DNA from: Selenomonadaceae bacterium
GTDB taxonomy: Bacteria > Bacillota > Negativicutes > Selenomonadales > Selenomonadaceae
DNA length: 64,000 nucleotides
NCBI GenBank assembly: GCA_017476005.1
Contig: JAFVEM010000046.1
Coordinates: forward strand, 16,000-79,999
Direction: 5' to 3'
Below are positions 7,896-17,289 of this stretch, in pieces. The notes under the pieces were generated by a model that saw only the letters and a program-made list of their open reading frames with translations, was not told where the DNA came from and did no database searches. Made by a program: the position numbers and the translations under genes. Positions within the stretch are counted from its first letter, which is position 1. The number at the start of each line of letters is the position of its first letter.

Positions 7896-9142
7896 TGGCC
7901 AAAACCGATACCATCGTTATTGGCAGTGGCCTCGCCGGTCTCACGGCGGCCATTGTCAGCGCCCAAAAGGGGCAAAATGTCAAGCTGCTCACCTACGGTT
8001 CCGGTACGCTTTCGCTGAACAGCGGCGTAATTGACGTACTGGGTTACGATCAGCAGCATAAATATGTGGCCTCCCCCCGTCAGGGCATCCAAAATCTCCC
8101 GGATAATCACCCCTACCGGAAAATCGGCCTACAGGCCATCGCGGACAGCGTCTCTTTCTTCCTGAAGCTAACTGAAGAACAGGGCTTTCCATACGGTGGG
8201 GATTTGGACAGTCAATTGCCGGTTCCCACCGCCGTGGGGACGTTGAAGCCCACTTGCTTGGCGCCGGAATCCTTAAACGGTTCCCATTTGGTCGATAGTC
8301 ACAAAATAGTTATCGTTACCGTTAAGGGCTTGAAAGATTTTTACGGCAACATCATCGAGGATAATCTGCGGAAGGTGGCCGCCCTCAAGGATAAAACCTA
8401 CGAGCTTATCGAATTTGACAGCGGTCTTACCGGCGGTCGGGACATTACCACTTTGGATGTTGCGCGTTACTTAGATACAGACGCAGGACTGGCGGCGCTT
8501 GTCGCTTTGCTCAAACCTGTGGCGCAAAACGGCGTTTCCTTCGTTTTGCCGCAGATTTTGGGTACTAAGGGGGACACTTGCCATAAGAGCCTCAAAGCCC
8601 AACTCGGCTCGGCGCAAGTCGTCGAAACCACTTGTCTGCCGCCGTCGGTGAACGGTTTGCGCCTCCAAAATCTCCTCAAAGGAGCTTTTAAGCAATTGGG
8701 GGGAGAAATCGTGGAGGACTGCCGAGTGTTGCGCGGCATTATGGAAGGCGCCAAATGCGTCGGCGTGGTGACCCAGGCGGCCGCCAGAAAGAAGAGCTAT
8801 TACGCGACCAAATTCATCTTGGCCACCGGCGGTTTCTATAGCGGCGGTCTCGCCATGCGCGAATTTGAAAAGCCGCAGGAAACTATCTTTGGTTTTCCCG
8901 TATATTTCGTGCCGGGAGAGGAGAATTGGAGCAATGCGGAGCTTTTCAGCGACAAGCCCCAAGGTTTTGCCCTCACCGGCATTATGACGGACGAAAACCT
9001 GCGCCCCGTGGACGGGAGCGGCCAAGTGGTGGCCGATAACGTGTATATCGTGGGACGCAACTTAGGCGGCTACGATTTCTGTTTTGAGCATTCCGGCAAC
9101 GGCGTGGCTTTGGCTTCGGCTTACAAGGCCGGCAATATGTGA
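7895..9142 (+). CDS. glpB: anaerobic glycerol-3-phosphate dehydrogenase subunit B
   Basis: TIVIGSGLAGLTAA...LSLNSGVIDVLGY. Its start codon abuts the glpA stop. Confidence 0.85.
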   Translation: MAKTDTIVIGSGLAGLTAAIVSAQKGQNVKLLTYGSGTLSLNSGVIDVLGYDQQHKYVASPRQGIQNLPDNHPYRKIGLQAIADSVSFFLKLTEEQGFPYGGDLDSQLPVPTAVGTLKPTCLAPESLNGSHLVDSHKIVIVTVKGLKDFYGNIIEDNLRKVAALKDKTYELIEFDSGLTGGRDITTLDVARYLDTDAGLAALVALLKPVAQNGVSFVLPQILGTKGDTCHKSLKAQLGSAQVVETTCLPPSVNGLRLQNLLKGAFKQLGGEIVEDCRVLRGIMEGAKCVGVVTQAAARKKSYYATKFILATGGFYSGGLAMREFEKPQETIFGFPVYFVPGEENWSNAELFSDKPQGFALTGIMTDENLRPVDGSGQVVADNVYIVGRNLGGYDFCFEHSGNGVALASAYKAGNM

Positions 9143-9156
9143 GGGGGGAGTAGGAA

Positions 9157-10386
9157 ATGAGCGATACCAAAATAAAACAGATTGCCCCGGAGGAGGCGGC
9201 TGTATTCACCGCCGACCATTGCCTCTCCTGCACCTCCTGTATGTCCAGTTGCCCGGTGATGGAAGCCACCAAAGAATATCGTGGGCCGAAACTCGTCGGC
9301 CCTGCCCATAGCCGCATGCATTTTTCGCAGGAAGATGAGGAAGATAGCCTCGACTTTTGTTCCAACTGCAAGAGTTGCGACCGCGCTTGTCCTTCGGGGG
9401 TGGCGGTTTCTACTCTCAATATGCTCCAACGTGGGGAGTACTACAAAACCCATGCCCATTCTCAGCGCGACGAGATGCTCGCTCACGGGGAAAAAATGGG
9501 CAAGCTGGTACACTCGCTTCCCTTGGGGGCTACCTGCGCCAATATCGGCATGAGAATCGGCAAGGCTTTGGGTATCTTTGGCCTTTTTGGCTTGGCGGTA
9601 GAAAGGGATATGCCTAGCTACGCCGCCAGTACCTTCAAAAGCCTGTATAAAAATATTTCCCAGAAAAAATCCGACAAAAAAGTGGTTTTCTTCCCCGGCT
9701 GTTTCATCAACGACAACGAGCCGTCGGTGGGCGAAGCCATGGTGAAGGTCATGCAGGTCAACGGCTATGAAGTCCTCCTCGACGATAAATTCTGCTGTTG
9801 CGGTTCTCCCATGGTGGTGACGGGCTATATTGACGAAGCCAAGGAACACGCCGACCGAAACGTGGAGCGCATTCTCTATTGGAAAAATCAAGGCGTCCCC
9901 GTGGTGGCGGCTTGCACCAGTTGCTCTTTGATGCTCAAAAAGGAGTACGAAGAACTCTTTAACGAGGCCAAGATGAAACAGGCCGCCGCCAATGTCTATG
10001 ATCTCTTTGAATTTCTCGATATTCTCGCCGATAAGGGCGAACTGAATACCAATTTCCAGAGCGTGTCCGCAAAACTCACCTATCATGTGCCTTGTCACCT
10101 GAAGGCGCAAGGCTTCGGCGTACCGGCGGCGAGCATTTTGCGCGACGTCCCCGGTGTCACCGTAGAGCTGGCGGATGCCGGTTGTTGCGGTATGTCGGGC
10201 AACTACGGTTTCAAGGGCGATAAATACGATATTTCCATGAAAATTGGGGAGAAACTCTTCTCCAGGATAAAAGAACAGGCCGCAGACTCGGTAATTTGCG
10301 ATTGCGGCACCTGTAGGTTACAGATTCGACACGGGACGCAGGCTAAGGCTTGTCACCCCGTTGAGATATTGGCCAAGGCTTACTGA
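9157..10386 (+). CDS. glpC: anaerobic glycerol-3-phosphate dehydrogenase subunit C (Fe-S / CCG-domain)
   Basis: Two ferredoxin-type clusters (CLSCTSCMSSCPV, CSNCKSCDRACPSG) plus Cys-rich CCG repeats. Confidence 0.85.
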   Translation: MSDTKIKQIAPEEAAVFTADHCLSCTSCMSSCPVMEATKEYRGPKLVGPAHSRMHFSQEDEEDSLDFCSNCKSCDRACPSGVAVSTLNMLQRGEYYKTHAHSQRDEMLAHGEKMGKLVHSLPLGATCANIGMRIGKALGIFGLFGLAVERDMPSYAASTFKSLYKNISQKKSDKKVVFFPGCFINDNEPSVGEAMVKVMQVNGYEVLLDDKFCCCGSPMVVTGYIDEAKEHADRNVERILYWKNQGVPVVAACTSCSLMLKKEYEELFNEAKMKQAAANVYDLFEFLDILADKGELNTNFQSVSAKLTYHVPCHLKAQGFGVPAASILRDVPGVTVELADAGCCGMSGNYGFKGDKYDISMKIGEKLFSRIKEQAADSVICDCGTCRLQIRHGTQAKACHPVEILAKAY

Positions 10387-10400
10387 GAGCTTGGTTTAAG

Positions 10401-10543
10401 TTTTTTTGGGGTTTCACCCCAAACCCCAGCAGGGAAATAATTTCCCTGCACCCTTAATAAATTTATTACGGGGTGCAGGGACGCAAGTCCCTGCCGGAGT
10501 CAAGAGGTAGCGCCTCTTGTGGGGTATGGGGCAGCGCCCCATG
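10401..10543. repeat. full-length stacked-hairpin intergenic repeat (copy A, five hairpin modules around an AT-rich palindromic core)
   Basis: GGGGTttcACCCC / GCAGGGAAAtaaTTTCCCTGC / core TTAATAAATTTATTA / GCAGGGAcgcaagTCCCTGC / CAAGAGGtagcgCCTCTTG / ATGGGGCagcGCCCCAT. Related copies lie at 25083, 29861 and 47428. Confidence 0.85.
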
Positions 10544-10559
10544 TGTAGGAAAGGAGTAA

Positions 10560-12065
<1,506 letters not shown>

Positions 12066-12070
12066 GTAAA

Positions 12071-12129
12071 AAACTTGAGGCTCCGCCTCAAACTCCGCCT
12101 AAGGGCATAGCCCTTAGGAATCCCGGTTG
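12071..12129. repeat. type-2 hairpin repeat (TTGAGGCtccGCCTCAA + CCTAAGGGCataGCCCTTAGG + AATCCCGGTTG)
   Basis: The 34-nt segment 12096-12129 recurs perfectly at 13024-13057. Confidence 0.8.
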
Positions 12130-12182
12130 ATTTTAGGTATTGCTAACACGTTTGGTTTATGCTAACATACCTAGATTGAGTT

Positions 12183-12203
12183 TTTGGGGGATTTTCCCCC
12201 AAA
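12183..12203. repeat. single TTTGGGGGattttCCCCCAAA hairpin module
   Basis: Same module type as the terminal hairpin of the large repeats. 49 nt upstream of the glpF start. Confidence 0.6.
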
Positions 12204-12251
12204 GGCTCCTCCGCATTAATTCTTTATTTTTTAGAAAGAAGGCTGAAAAAC

Positions 12252-12992
12252 ATGGTAACGGGTTCTGAGAACTTGTTGGGTGAGTTTTTGGGCACGTTGG
12301 TACTGGTAGTCTTTGGTTGCGGCGTCTGCGCCAACCTGACCCTGACGAAATCCAAGGGTGTCGGCGGCGGTTGGATTTGCATCGCTTTCGGGTGGGGGTT
12401 TGCCGTCACCATGGGCGTATTTACCGCTACGACCTTGGGCGCGCCGCAAGGTGACCTCAATCCGGCGGTGACTTTGGCTAAGACCATGGCCGGCATCTAT
12501 ACCTTCGGTCAATTCATCGCTACCTCCATCGCGCAACTCGTGGGCGCCATCGTTGGCGCAGCCATCGTTTGGCTCTGCTATCTGCCTCACTGGGCTGAAA
12601 CCAAGGATCAAGCGGCCAAACTCGGCATTTTTGCCACGGCTCCGGCCATTCGCAACGGCGCGGCCAACTTCCTCACCGAGGTTATCGCCACTTTCTTCCT
12701 GATGTTCGTCATTTGGATGATTTTCTCCGCTCCCGTTGGCGGTTTGGTTCCCGGCTATGGGCCTTACATCGTGGGTATGCTCATTGTGGCTTTGGGTCTT
12801 TCTTTGGGCGGCCCCACCGGTTACGCCATGAATCCCGCGCGTGACCTTGGCCCGCGTATCGCTCATGCCATCCTGCCTATCGCCGGTAAAGGCGGCTCCG
12901 ATTGGGGTTACGCTTGGGTGCCTGTCCTCGGCCCCTTGTGCGGCGCGCTCCTCGCTTACCTTGTAGCCACTGCCGTGGGTTTCCCTTTCTGA
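12252..12992 (+). CDS. glpF: glycerol uptake facilitator (MIP/aquaglyceroporin)
   Basis: Two NPA boxes (DLNPAVTLA and MNPARDLGPR); 246 aa with six TM segments. Confidence 0.9.
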   Translation: MVTGSENLLGEFLGTLVLVVFGCGVCANLTLTKSKGVGGGWICIAFGWGFAVTMGVFTATTLGAPQGDLNPAVTLAKTMAGIYTFGQFIATSIAQLVGAIVGAAIVWLCYLPHWAETKDQAAKLGIFATAPAIRNGAANFLTEVIATFFLMFVIWMIFSAPVGGLVPGYGPYIVGMLIVALGLSLGGPTGYAMNPARDLGPRIAHAILPIAGKGGSDWGYAWVPVLGPLCGALLAYLVATAVGFPF

Positions 12993-12999
12993 GTATAAA

Positions 13000-13057
13000 A
13001 CCGTGAGGCGCTGCCTTGCGCTTCGCCTAAGGGCATAGCCCTTAGGAATCCCGGTTG
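13000..13057. repeat. type-2 hairpin repeat, second copy
   Basis: 13024-13057 is identical to 12096-12129. Confidence 0.8.
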
Positions 13058-13061
13058 GGAT

Positions 13062-13106
13062 GCCAAACAGGCTCTGCCATTTAGCGGCAGAGCCTGTTTG
13101 GCGTTT
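13062..13106 (+). terminator. 17-bp perfect hairpin after glpF
   Basis: GCCAAACAGGCTCTGCC-atttagc-GGCAGAGCCTGTTTGGC followed by GTTTG. The U-tract is weak. Confidence 0.6.
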
Positions 13107-13283
13107 GAGAAAGGGAGGGGGAACCGCGAAGCGGTGGGAGGGTTCCGGCAAACTTCACTTATTCAAAGTAACCGGTTGTGAAAATAGTCTAGGTGTTGTC
13201 GAGACAAATATGCTCTTGGATGGCTTAGGAGAGACTTTATTGTTGGGTGACTTTTGAATGAAACTGGCTCTCAGCTTTAGCCA

Positions 13284-13331
13284 ATCAAAAAAGGAGCTGT
13301 CGCACGAAGGTTTTTCCCTTCGTGCGACAGC
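13284..13331 (-). terminator. intrinsic terminator of the 278-aa orphan gene
   Basis: GCTGTCGCACGAAGG / CCTTCGTGCGACAGC stem. On the minus strand it is followed by UCCUUUUUUG. Confidence 0.75.
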
Positions 13332-13352
13332 CCCATGCCGTAGAATTTTATT

Positions 13353-14189
13353 TCAATTTGAGTTCCAGGCCAGACTGGCTATTTGCGAGCGTAATTCTTC
13401 GGCGGAACTTGCCATGAGGCGCAGAGTCTGACCGTCTTCTGGCGAGATGCGGCTGAGGTGATTGCGTTGCAACTCGCGCAGACGGCGCTCCAGCTCGGCT
13501 TGCTTCTCCTCGGCCTCCCGTTTTCTTTCCTCTAGCTCTTGCTGTTTGACCTTCTTCTCGCGAGTTTCGTTCAGGCGTTTCTCCTGTTCGTCGGAGAGCT
13601 TCTCCAGCTCGGCGAAGAGCTTCATGTTCCCGTCATCGTCAAAACTGATGGCCAATTGCTTTAGCTGCACGCCGCTGGAGAGTTCGCCTTCGGCAATGAG
13701 ATCCTCGGCGATGTCAATGGCCTCATCTACCTTGTCCATGACCTCCTGAGCGTACTCCTCATTCGCGGCCATTTTTTCCAGCTCTTCGTTAGTAAAGATG
13801 ACGGAATACTTTTTGGTTCCCTTGTCCGCCCAATCCTGTGGGTCGCCTATTTTGTCGGTAGTGAAGAAATCATACTCCCCGTATTCCTCCTGCAGACGGT
13901 TCAAGAGATTCTTAGCCCGAGGCGAAAGCTCTTGGGGTTCGCGCCAAGCGTCTGTCAGCGCCCAATCGCTGTCCTCGGTTTCGCGGAGAGGCGAAGCGCG
14001 ATGCTTTATCAGCGCGGCCATTCCTTCCTCGGAAAGCTCCACGGTGGCACCTCGGTCGTATCGTCCAGCCGTGTCCTTAGCCGCACCGGCAGCGCTTCCT
14101 TTCTCCGCACCCGACATGCGCTTAGCGCTGGCAAATTGGGTCGCCTGCCGGGCATAGGCTTGATAGATGGTATTGATTGTGGTAGCCAT
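13353..14189 (-). CDS. hypothetical protein with a charged coiled-coil C-terminal third
   Basis: 278 aa, a strong SD (AAGGAGGACACCACC-ATG), its own terminator, and an EKRLNETREKKVKQQELEERKREAEEKQAELERRLRELQ heptad-like stretch. I recognise no family. Confidence 0.7.
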   Translation of the reverse strand: MATTINTIYQAYARQATQFASAKRMSGAEKGSAAGAAKDTAGRYDRGATVELSEEGMAALIKHRASPLRETEDSDWALTDAWREPQELSPRAKNLLNRLQEEYGEYDFFTTDKIGDPQDWADKGTKKYSVIFTNEELEKMAANEEYAQEVMDKVDEAIDIAEDLIAEGELSSGVQLKQLAISFDDDGNMKLFAELEKLSDEQEKRLNETREKKVKQQELEERKREAEEKQAELERRLRELQRNHLSRISPEDGQTLRLMASSAEELRSQIASLAWNSN

Positions 14190-14367
14190 GGTGGTGTCCT
14201 CCTTTGACCCGGAACTTGTTTACGCACGCCGCCAAAACAAGCCCTCACTCCATGAAATCCATTTCACCGAGAAGCTATAGCACCCTCCGCATAGCCTGCA
14301 ATGGTATAAACGAAACATAATTACAAAATATATGGCTACACTTCTGGATTTCGCTCTCTCACTAACT

Positions 14368-14394
14368 ATATCGTCTTTTTTCGTTAAATCTTAA
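14368..14394 (-). promoter_or_regulatory. sigma-28/SigD-like promoter candidate (TTAAGATT-N11-GACGATAT)
   Basis: Compared with the TAAAGTTT-N11-GCCGATAA consensus it matches 6/8 and 6/8 with exact 11-nt spacing. About 180 nt upstream of the orphan gene start. Confidence 0.35.
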
Positions 14395-14436
14395 GGGATT
14401 AGGAATTTTTTTTGGCAGAGAAAAGATGTTTTTTTC

Positions 14437-14466
14437 GCAAAAAAATCCCCCCTCGTGAGGGGGGAG
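14437..14466 (-). terminator. aspA intrinsic terminator
   Basis: On the minus strand: TCCCCCCT-cacg-AGGGGGGA followed by TTTTTTTG. Confidence 0.75.
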
Positions 14467-14493
14467 CCAACAGGGGCGGTAGGGAAGCTATCT

Positions 14494-15906
14494 TTAGTTT
14501 GTTATCCCGGGATGAGTCATCTGTGCCGGGGACATGATGTGATTTAGTTCGTCTTCGGTGAGAATATTTTTTTCCAAAATTATATCCCGAATGGGACGGC
14601 CGGTGTTATAGGCTTCTTTGGCCAGCATAGCCGACTGTTCGTAGCCGATGTGAGGAAGTAGCGCCGTTACCACCCCCACGCTTTTGTTCACCCACTTTTG
14701 GCACTGCTCCAAATTCGGCTCCATGCCTTTTAAGAGTTTGTCCACGAAGGTACGCACCCCTCCGGCCACATAGTTCATGGAGCTGAAAAGATTGTAGGCC
14801 ATGATGGGCTCCATGACGTTGAGTTCCAGTTGGCCGTTTTCCACGCCTAAAGTCACGGCCAAATCGTTGCCGATGACCTGATAGCAAGCCTGATCCAGCA
14901 CTTCGGCGATAACGGGATTGACCTTTCCCGGCATAATGGAGGAACCGGGCTGCCGCTGAGGGAGTTTTATTTCGCCCAAGCCGCAACGGGGGCCGGAGGC
15001 CATCAGGCGAAAATCGTTGGCCATTTTGATGAGTACCAAGGCGGTGTTTTTCAGCGCCGAGGAAACATCCACAAAACCGTCGGTGTTGTTGGTGGCGTCG
15101 ATGATGTTGGTGGAGGTCTCAAAATTTTCGCCGGTGATTTCCCGTAGCTTCCGCGCTACGATTTTTATGTAGGCCGGCTCGGCGTTTAGGCCGGTGCCTA
15201 CCGCCGTGCCGCCCATGTTAATGAGGCGGATGCTGTCTATGGCCCACTCGATGCGCCTCACGCTGCGACGCACCGCCGAAGCATAGGAACCCATTTCCTG
15301 TCCGAGGGTGATAGGAACGGCATCCTGCAAATGGGTACGCCCCATTTTTAAGACATCCTTGTATTCCTCGGCCTTTTGCTCCAAGGTAGTGGCAAGGTAG
15401 TCAAGAGCTTTTGTTACCTTGTGGCTTTTGTAGGTGAGGCACACTTTTATGGCGGTGGGCAGAGAATCGTTGGTGGATTGCGCCATGTTGGCGTGATTGT
15501 TGGGGGAAATGATGTCGTAGCGGCCTTTGGCCTCGCCGATTATTTCCAAGGCGCGGTTGCAGAGAACCTCGTTCATGTTCATGTTAATGGAAGTACCGGC
15601 GCCGCCCTGAATGGGATCCACCGGAAATTCTTCGAGGAAACCGCCGTCGATGATTTCCTCGGCGGCTTGCACCAAAGCGTTGCCAATCCGGCGATCGAGT
15701 CTCCCCGTTTCCATGTTGGCTTGCGCCGCCGCTTTTTTTACCTTGGCCAACGCCTGAATGAAATCGGGATCCAGCCGCCGCCCGGTGATGGTGAAATTTT
15801 CCACCGCCCGCATGGTTTGCACCCCGTAATAAGCCTCGTCCGGGACTTCCAGTTCCCCGATAAAATCATGCTCTTTACGCACCCTCAAACACTGTCCTTT
15901 CCCCAT
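14494..15906 (-). CDS. aspA: aspartate ammonia-lyase
   Basis: Class-II fumarase/aspartase signature GSSIMPGKVNPVIAE. DFIGELEVPDEAYYGVQTMRAVENF is aspartase-like; 470 aa. Confidence 0.85.
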   Translation of the reverse strand: MGKGQCLRVRKEHDFIGELEVPDEAYYGVQTMRAVENFTITGRRLDPDFIQALAKVKKAAAQANMETGRLDRRIGNALVQAAEEIIDGGFLEEFPVDPIQGGAGTSINMNMNEVLCNRALEIIGEAKGRYDIISPNNHANMAQSTNDSLPTAIKVCLTYKSHKVTKALDYLATTLEQKAEEYKDVLKMGRTHLQDAVPITLGQEMGSYASAVRRSVRRIEWAIDSIRLINMGGTAVGTGLNAEPAYIKIVARKLREITGENFETSTNIIDATNNTDGFVDVSSALKNTALVLIKMANDFRLMASGPRCGLGEIKLPQRQPGSSIMPGKVNPVIAEVLDQACYQVIGNDLAVTLGVENGQLELNVMEPIMAYNLFSSMNYVAGGVRTFVDKLLKGMEPNLEQCQKWVNKSVGVVTALLPHIGYEQSAMLAKEAYNTGRPIRDIILEKNILTEDELNHIMSPAQMTHPGITN

Positions 15907-15995
15907 AGCCTTGCTTTTGTTTGGAAAATGTATTTTGTATACACGGGTAATATAGCACAGCGACAGGAGAGGCGCAAGGGGTTTTTGCGGCTATT

Positions 15996-16424
15996 TTACA
16001 GTCCTTTGACAAAATCGCGACCAAGGGCGCGGCAAGCCTCCAATACTTCCGCCGACGGGCTGTTTTCGGCGATTAGTCCTTCGGCGAAGAGTTTGCCGCC
16101 GGCGTTTTTGACCCGTTCCTGCCAAGTTTGCATCCAAGCGCCGCCGCCCCAGCCGTAGGAACCAAAGAGCGCCACCGGCACTCCCGTCAGTTTATCTTCA
16201 ATATCGGCAAAGAAGGGTTCAAAGGAACCTTCCTCCAGCACCTCGTCTCCCATGGCCGGGCAACCGAAAATAAAACCGGCGTAGTCCGCCGCCTTTTCCC
16301 CGGCAAAGGCATCGACCTCAAAGAGGGCGACCGCCCCCACCTCTTTGGCGCCTTCGTAAATAGCCTTAGCCATGGCCTCGGTATTCCCCGTGCCGCTCCA
16401 ATAAACAATTGCAATTTTTTTCAT
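15996..16424 (-). CDS. short-chain flavodoxin
   Basis: MKKIAIVYWSGTGNTEAMA FMN-binding loop. ATG 16424 is preceded by GGAGGG at 7 nt, so the track start at 16439 falls inside the SD. Confidence 0.9.
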   Translation of the reverse strand: MKKIAIVYWSGTGNTEAMAKAIYEGAKEVGAVALFEVDAFAGEKAADYAGFIFGCPAMGDEVLEEGSFEPFFADIEDKLTGVPVALFGSYGWGGGAWMQTWQERVKNAGGKLFAEGLIAENSPSAEVLEACRALGRDFVKGL

Positions 16425-16455
16425 GTAAAATCCCTCCATAGCGAAAAAATAAAAA

Positions 16456-17022
16456 TTATCCGGCTTGCAGCAGTTGGCTCAAACTGACGCCGGCGGCCAG
16501 TTTGGCGCAAAACTCTTTGGTACAGGCGGTGTAAAGGTCGAATAAGCGGCGAGTGGCCGTTTCGTTGGCATAAACTTTCCAGTAACCGCTGTACAAAAAA
16601 TCATGTCCTCGGTGTTGCATGAAGCCTTTTACATCCTCCACTGGGTAGCCCAGAAACAGCCCAATTTCATGAGGGAAAGCCTCTGCCTCTTGCAAACGTT
16701 GACGTAGCGCGGCCAGTAGTTCGCCCAAGGTCGCGCCCTCGGGATAACCGCAAGTCGATAGGAGACGAGCCGTTTCCTTTTCGGCCAGTAACCGCTCAAG
16801 TTTAGCGGCGCGGTAAAACAGGATAAGAACGCACTCGCGGCTTTCGGACAAACGGCACACAGAGATGCCGCGACAGGCAAAACAAGGACGATAAGACGCC
16901 AGAAGCTCCGTAAAATTAGGAAATTTACTTTTCCGAAAGGCAACTAAGCTGGCCACCTTTAGCCCCAACAAAGTAGGCGCCGCGTGCGCTCCCATAATCG
17001 CTTCAAACCTCCCCTTAAGCAC
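16456..17022 (-). CDS. DUF3793-family protein
   Basis: AAPTLLGLKVASLV...FPHEIGLFLGYPVEDVKGF...YSGYWKVY is the DUF3793 pattern. GTG start 7 nt after GAGGAGG. This family is commonly paired with flavodoxin. Confidence 0.7.
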   Translation of the reverse strand: MLKGRFEAIMGAHAAPTLLGLKVASLVAFRKSKFPNFTELLASYRPCFACRGISVCRLSESRECVLILFYRAAKLERLLAEKETARLLSTCGYPEGATLGELLAALRQRLQEAEAFPHEIGLFLGYPVEDVKGFMQHRGHDFLYSGYWKVYANETATRRLFDLYTACTKEFCAKLAAGVSLSQLLQAG

Positions 17023-17128
17023 GCCATAACCTCCTCGCTTGAACAGTAAAGGACTCGCCTGAGCCGAGCGAGTCCCCTGACTGCTGTGTAATATATTTTG
17101 GGAGAGCCTTTAACGAAAGCCTAAGAGG

Positions 17129-17157
17129 AGTATAATGATTTTGATAATCATTGTCAA
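17129..17157 (-). promoter_or_regulatory. near-consensus sigma-70 promoter (TTGACA-17-TATACT) whose spacer is a Fur-box-like sequence
   Basis: The minus strand reads TTGACAatgattatcaaaatcatTATACT. On the plus strand, TGATAATCATTGTC matches 13 of 14 positions of the TGATAATCATTATC half of the classical Fur box. About 105 nt upstream of the DUF3793-flavodoxin operon. Confidence 0.6.
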
Positions 17158-17206
17158 GAGGTGATTTTAAATTTCAGCCGTTTTTTTCGCGAGCCGGGCG
17201 ATTCAT

Positions 17207-17235
17207 TTGAAAAACTCGGCCTTTTCCTATATAAT
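17207..17235 (+). promoter_or_regulatory. sigma-70 promoter TTGAAA-17-TATAAT for the decarboxylase gene
   Basis: I counted exact 17-nt spacing. The -10 element ends 54 nt before the start codon. Confidence 0.55.
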
Positions 17236-17289
17236 CAGGCCGTAAGTCGCGAGTACAAGAAAACAATTACCTAGAAAGAAGGCCAAGAT

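Noticed and set aside
9121-10110. 329-aa ORF antisense to glpC, plus similar long antisense ORFs at 12231-13151, 23076-23993, 15376-16158, 34161-34853, 43964-44611, 45069-45590, 58796-59338 and 60959-61591
   Set aside because: Each is fully nested opposite a gene with clear family motifs. None has a recognisable domain or ribosome-binding site. I treat them as frame shadows.
10401-10543. Possibility that the hairpin repeats are a CRISPR array
   Set aside because: The copies are tens of kb apart, not regularly spaced by unique spacers. They occur in both orientations and as half units, and no cas genes are in the window.
12096-12129. tRNA-like fragment (GGAATCCCGGTTG resembles a T-arm)
   Set aside because: No acceptor, D or anticodon arms can be drawn around it. 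It is part of the 34-nt repeat present twice.
13060-13257. 65-aa plus-strand ORF after glpF
   Set aside because: Its start lies inside the glpF terminator hairpin, and it has no SD and no recognisable family.
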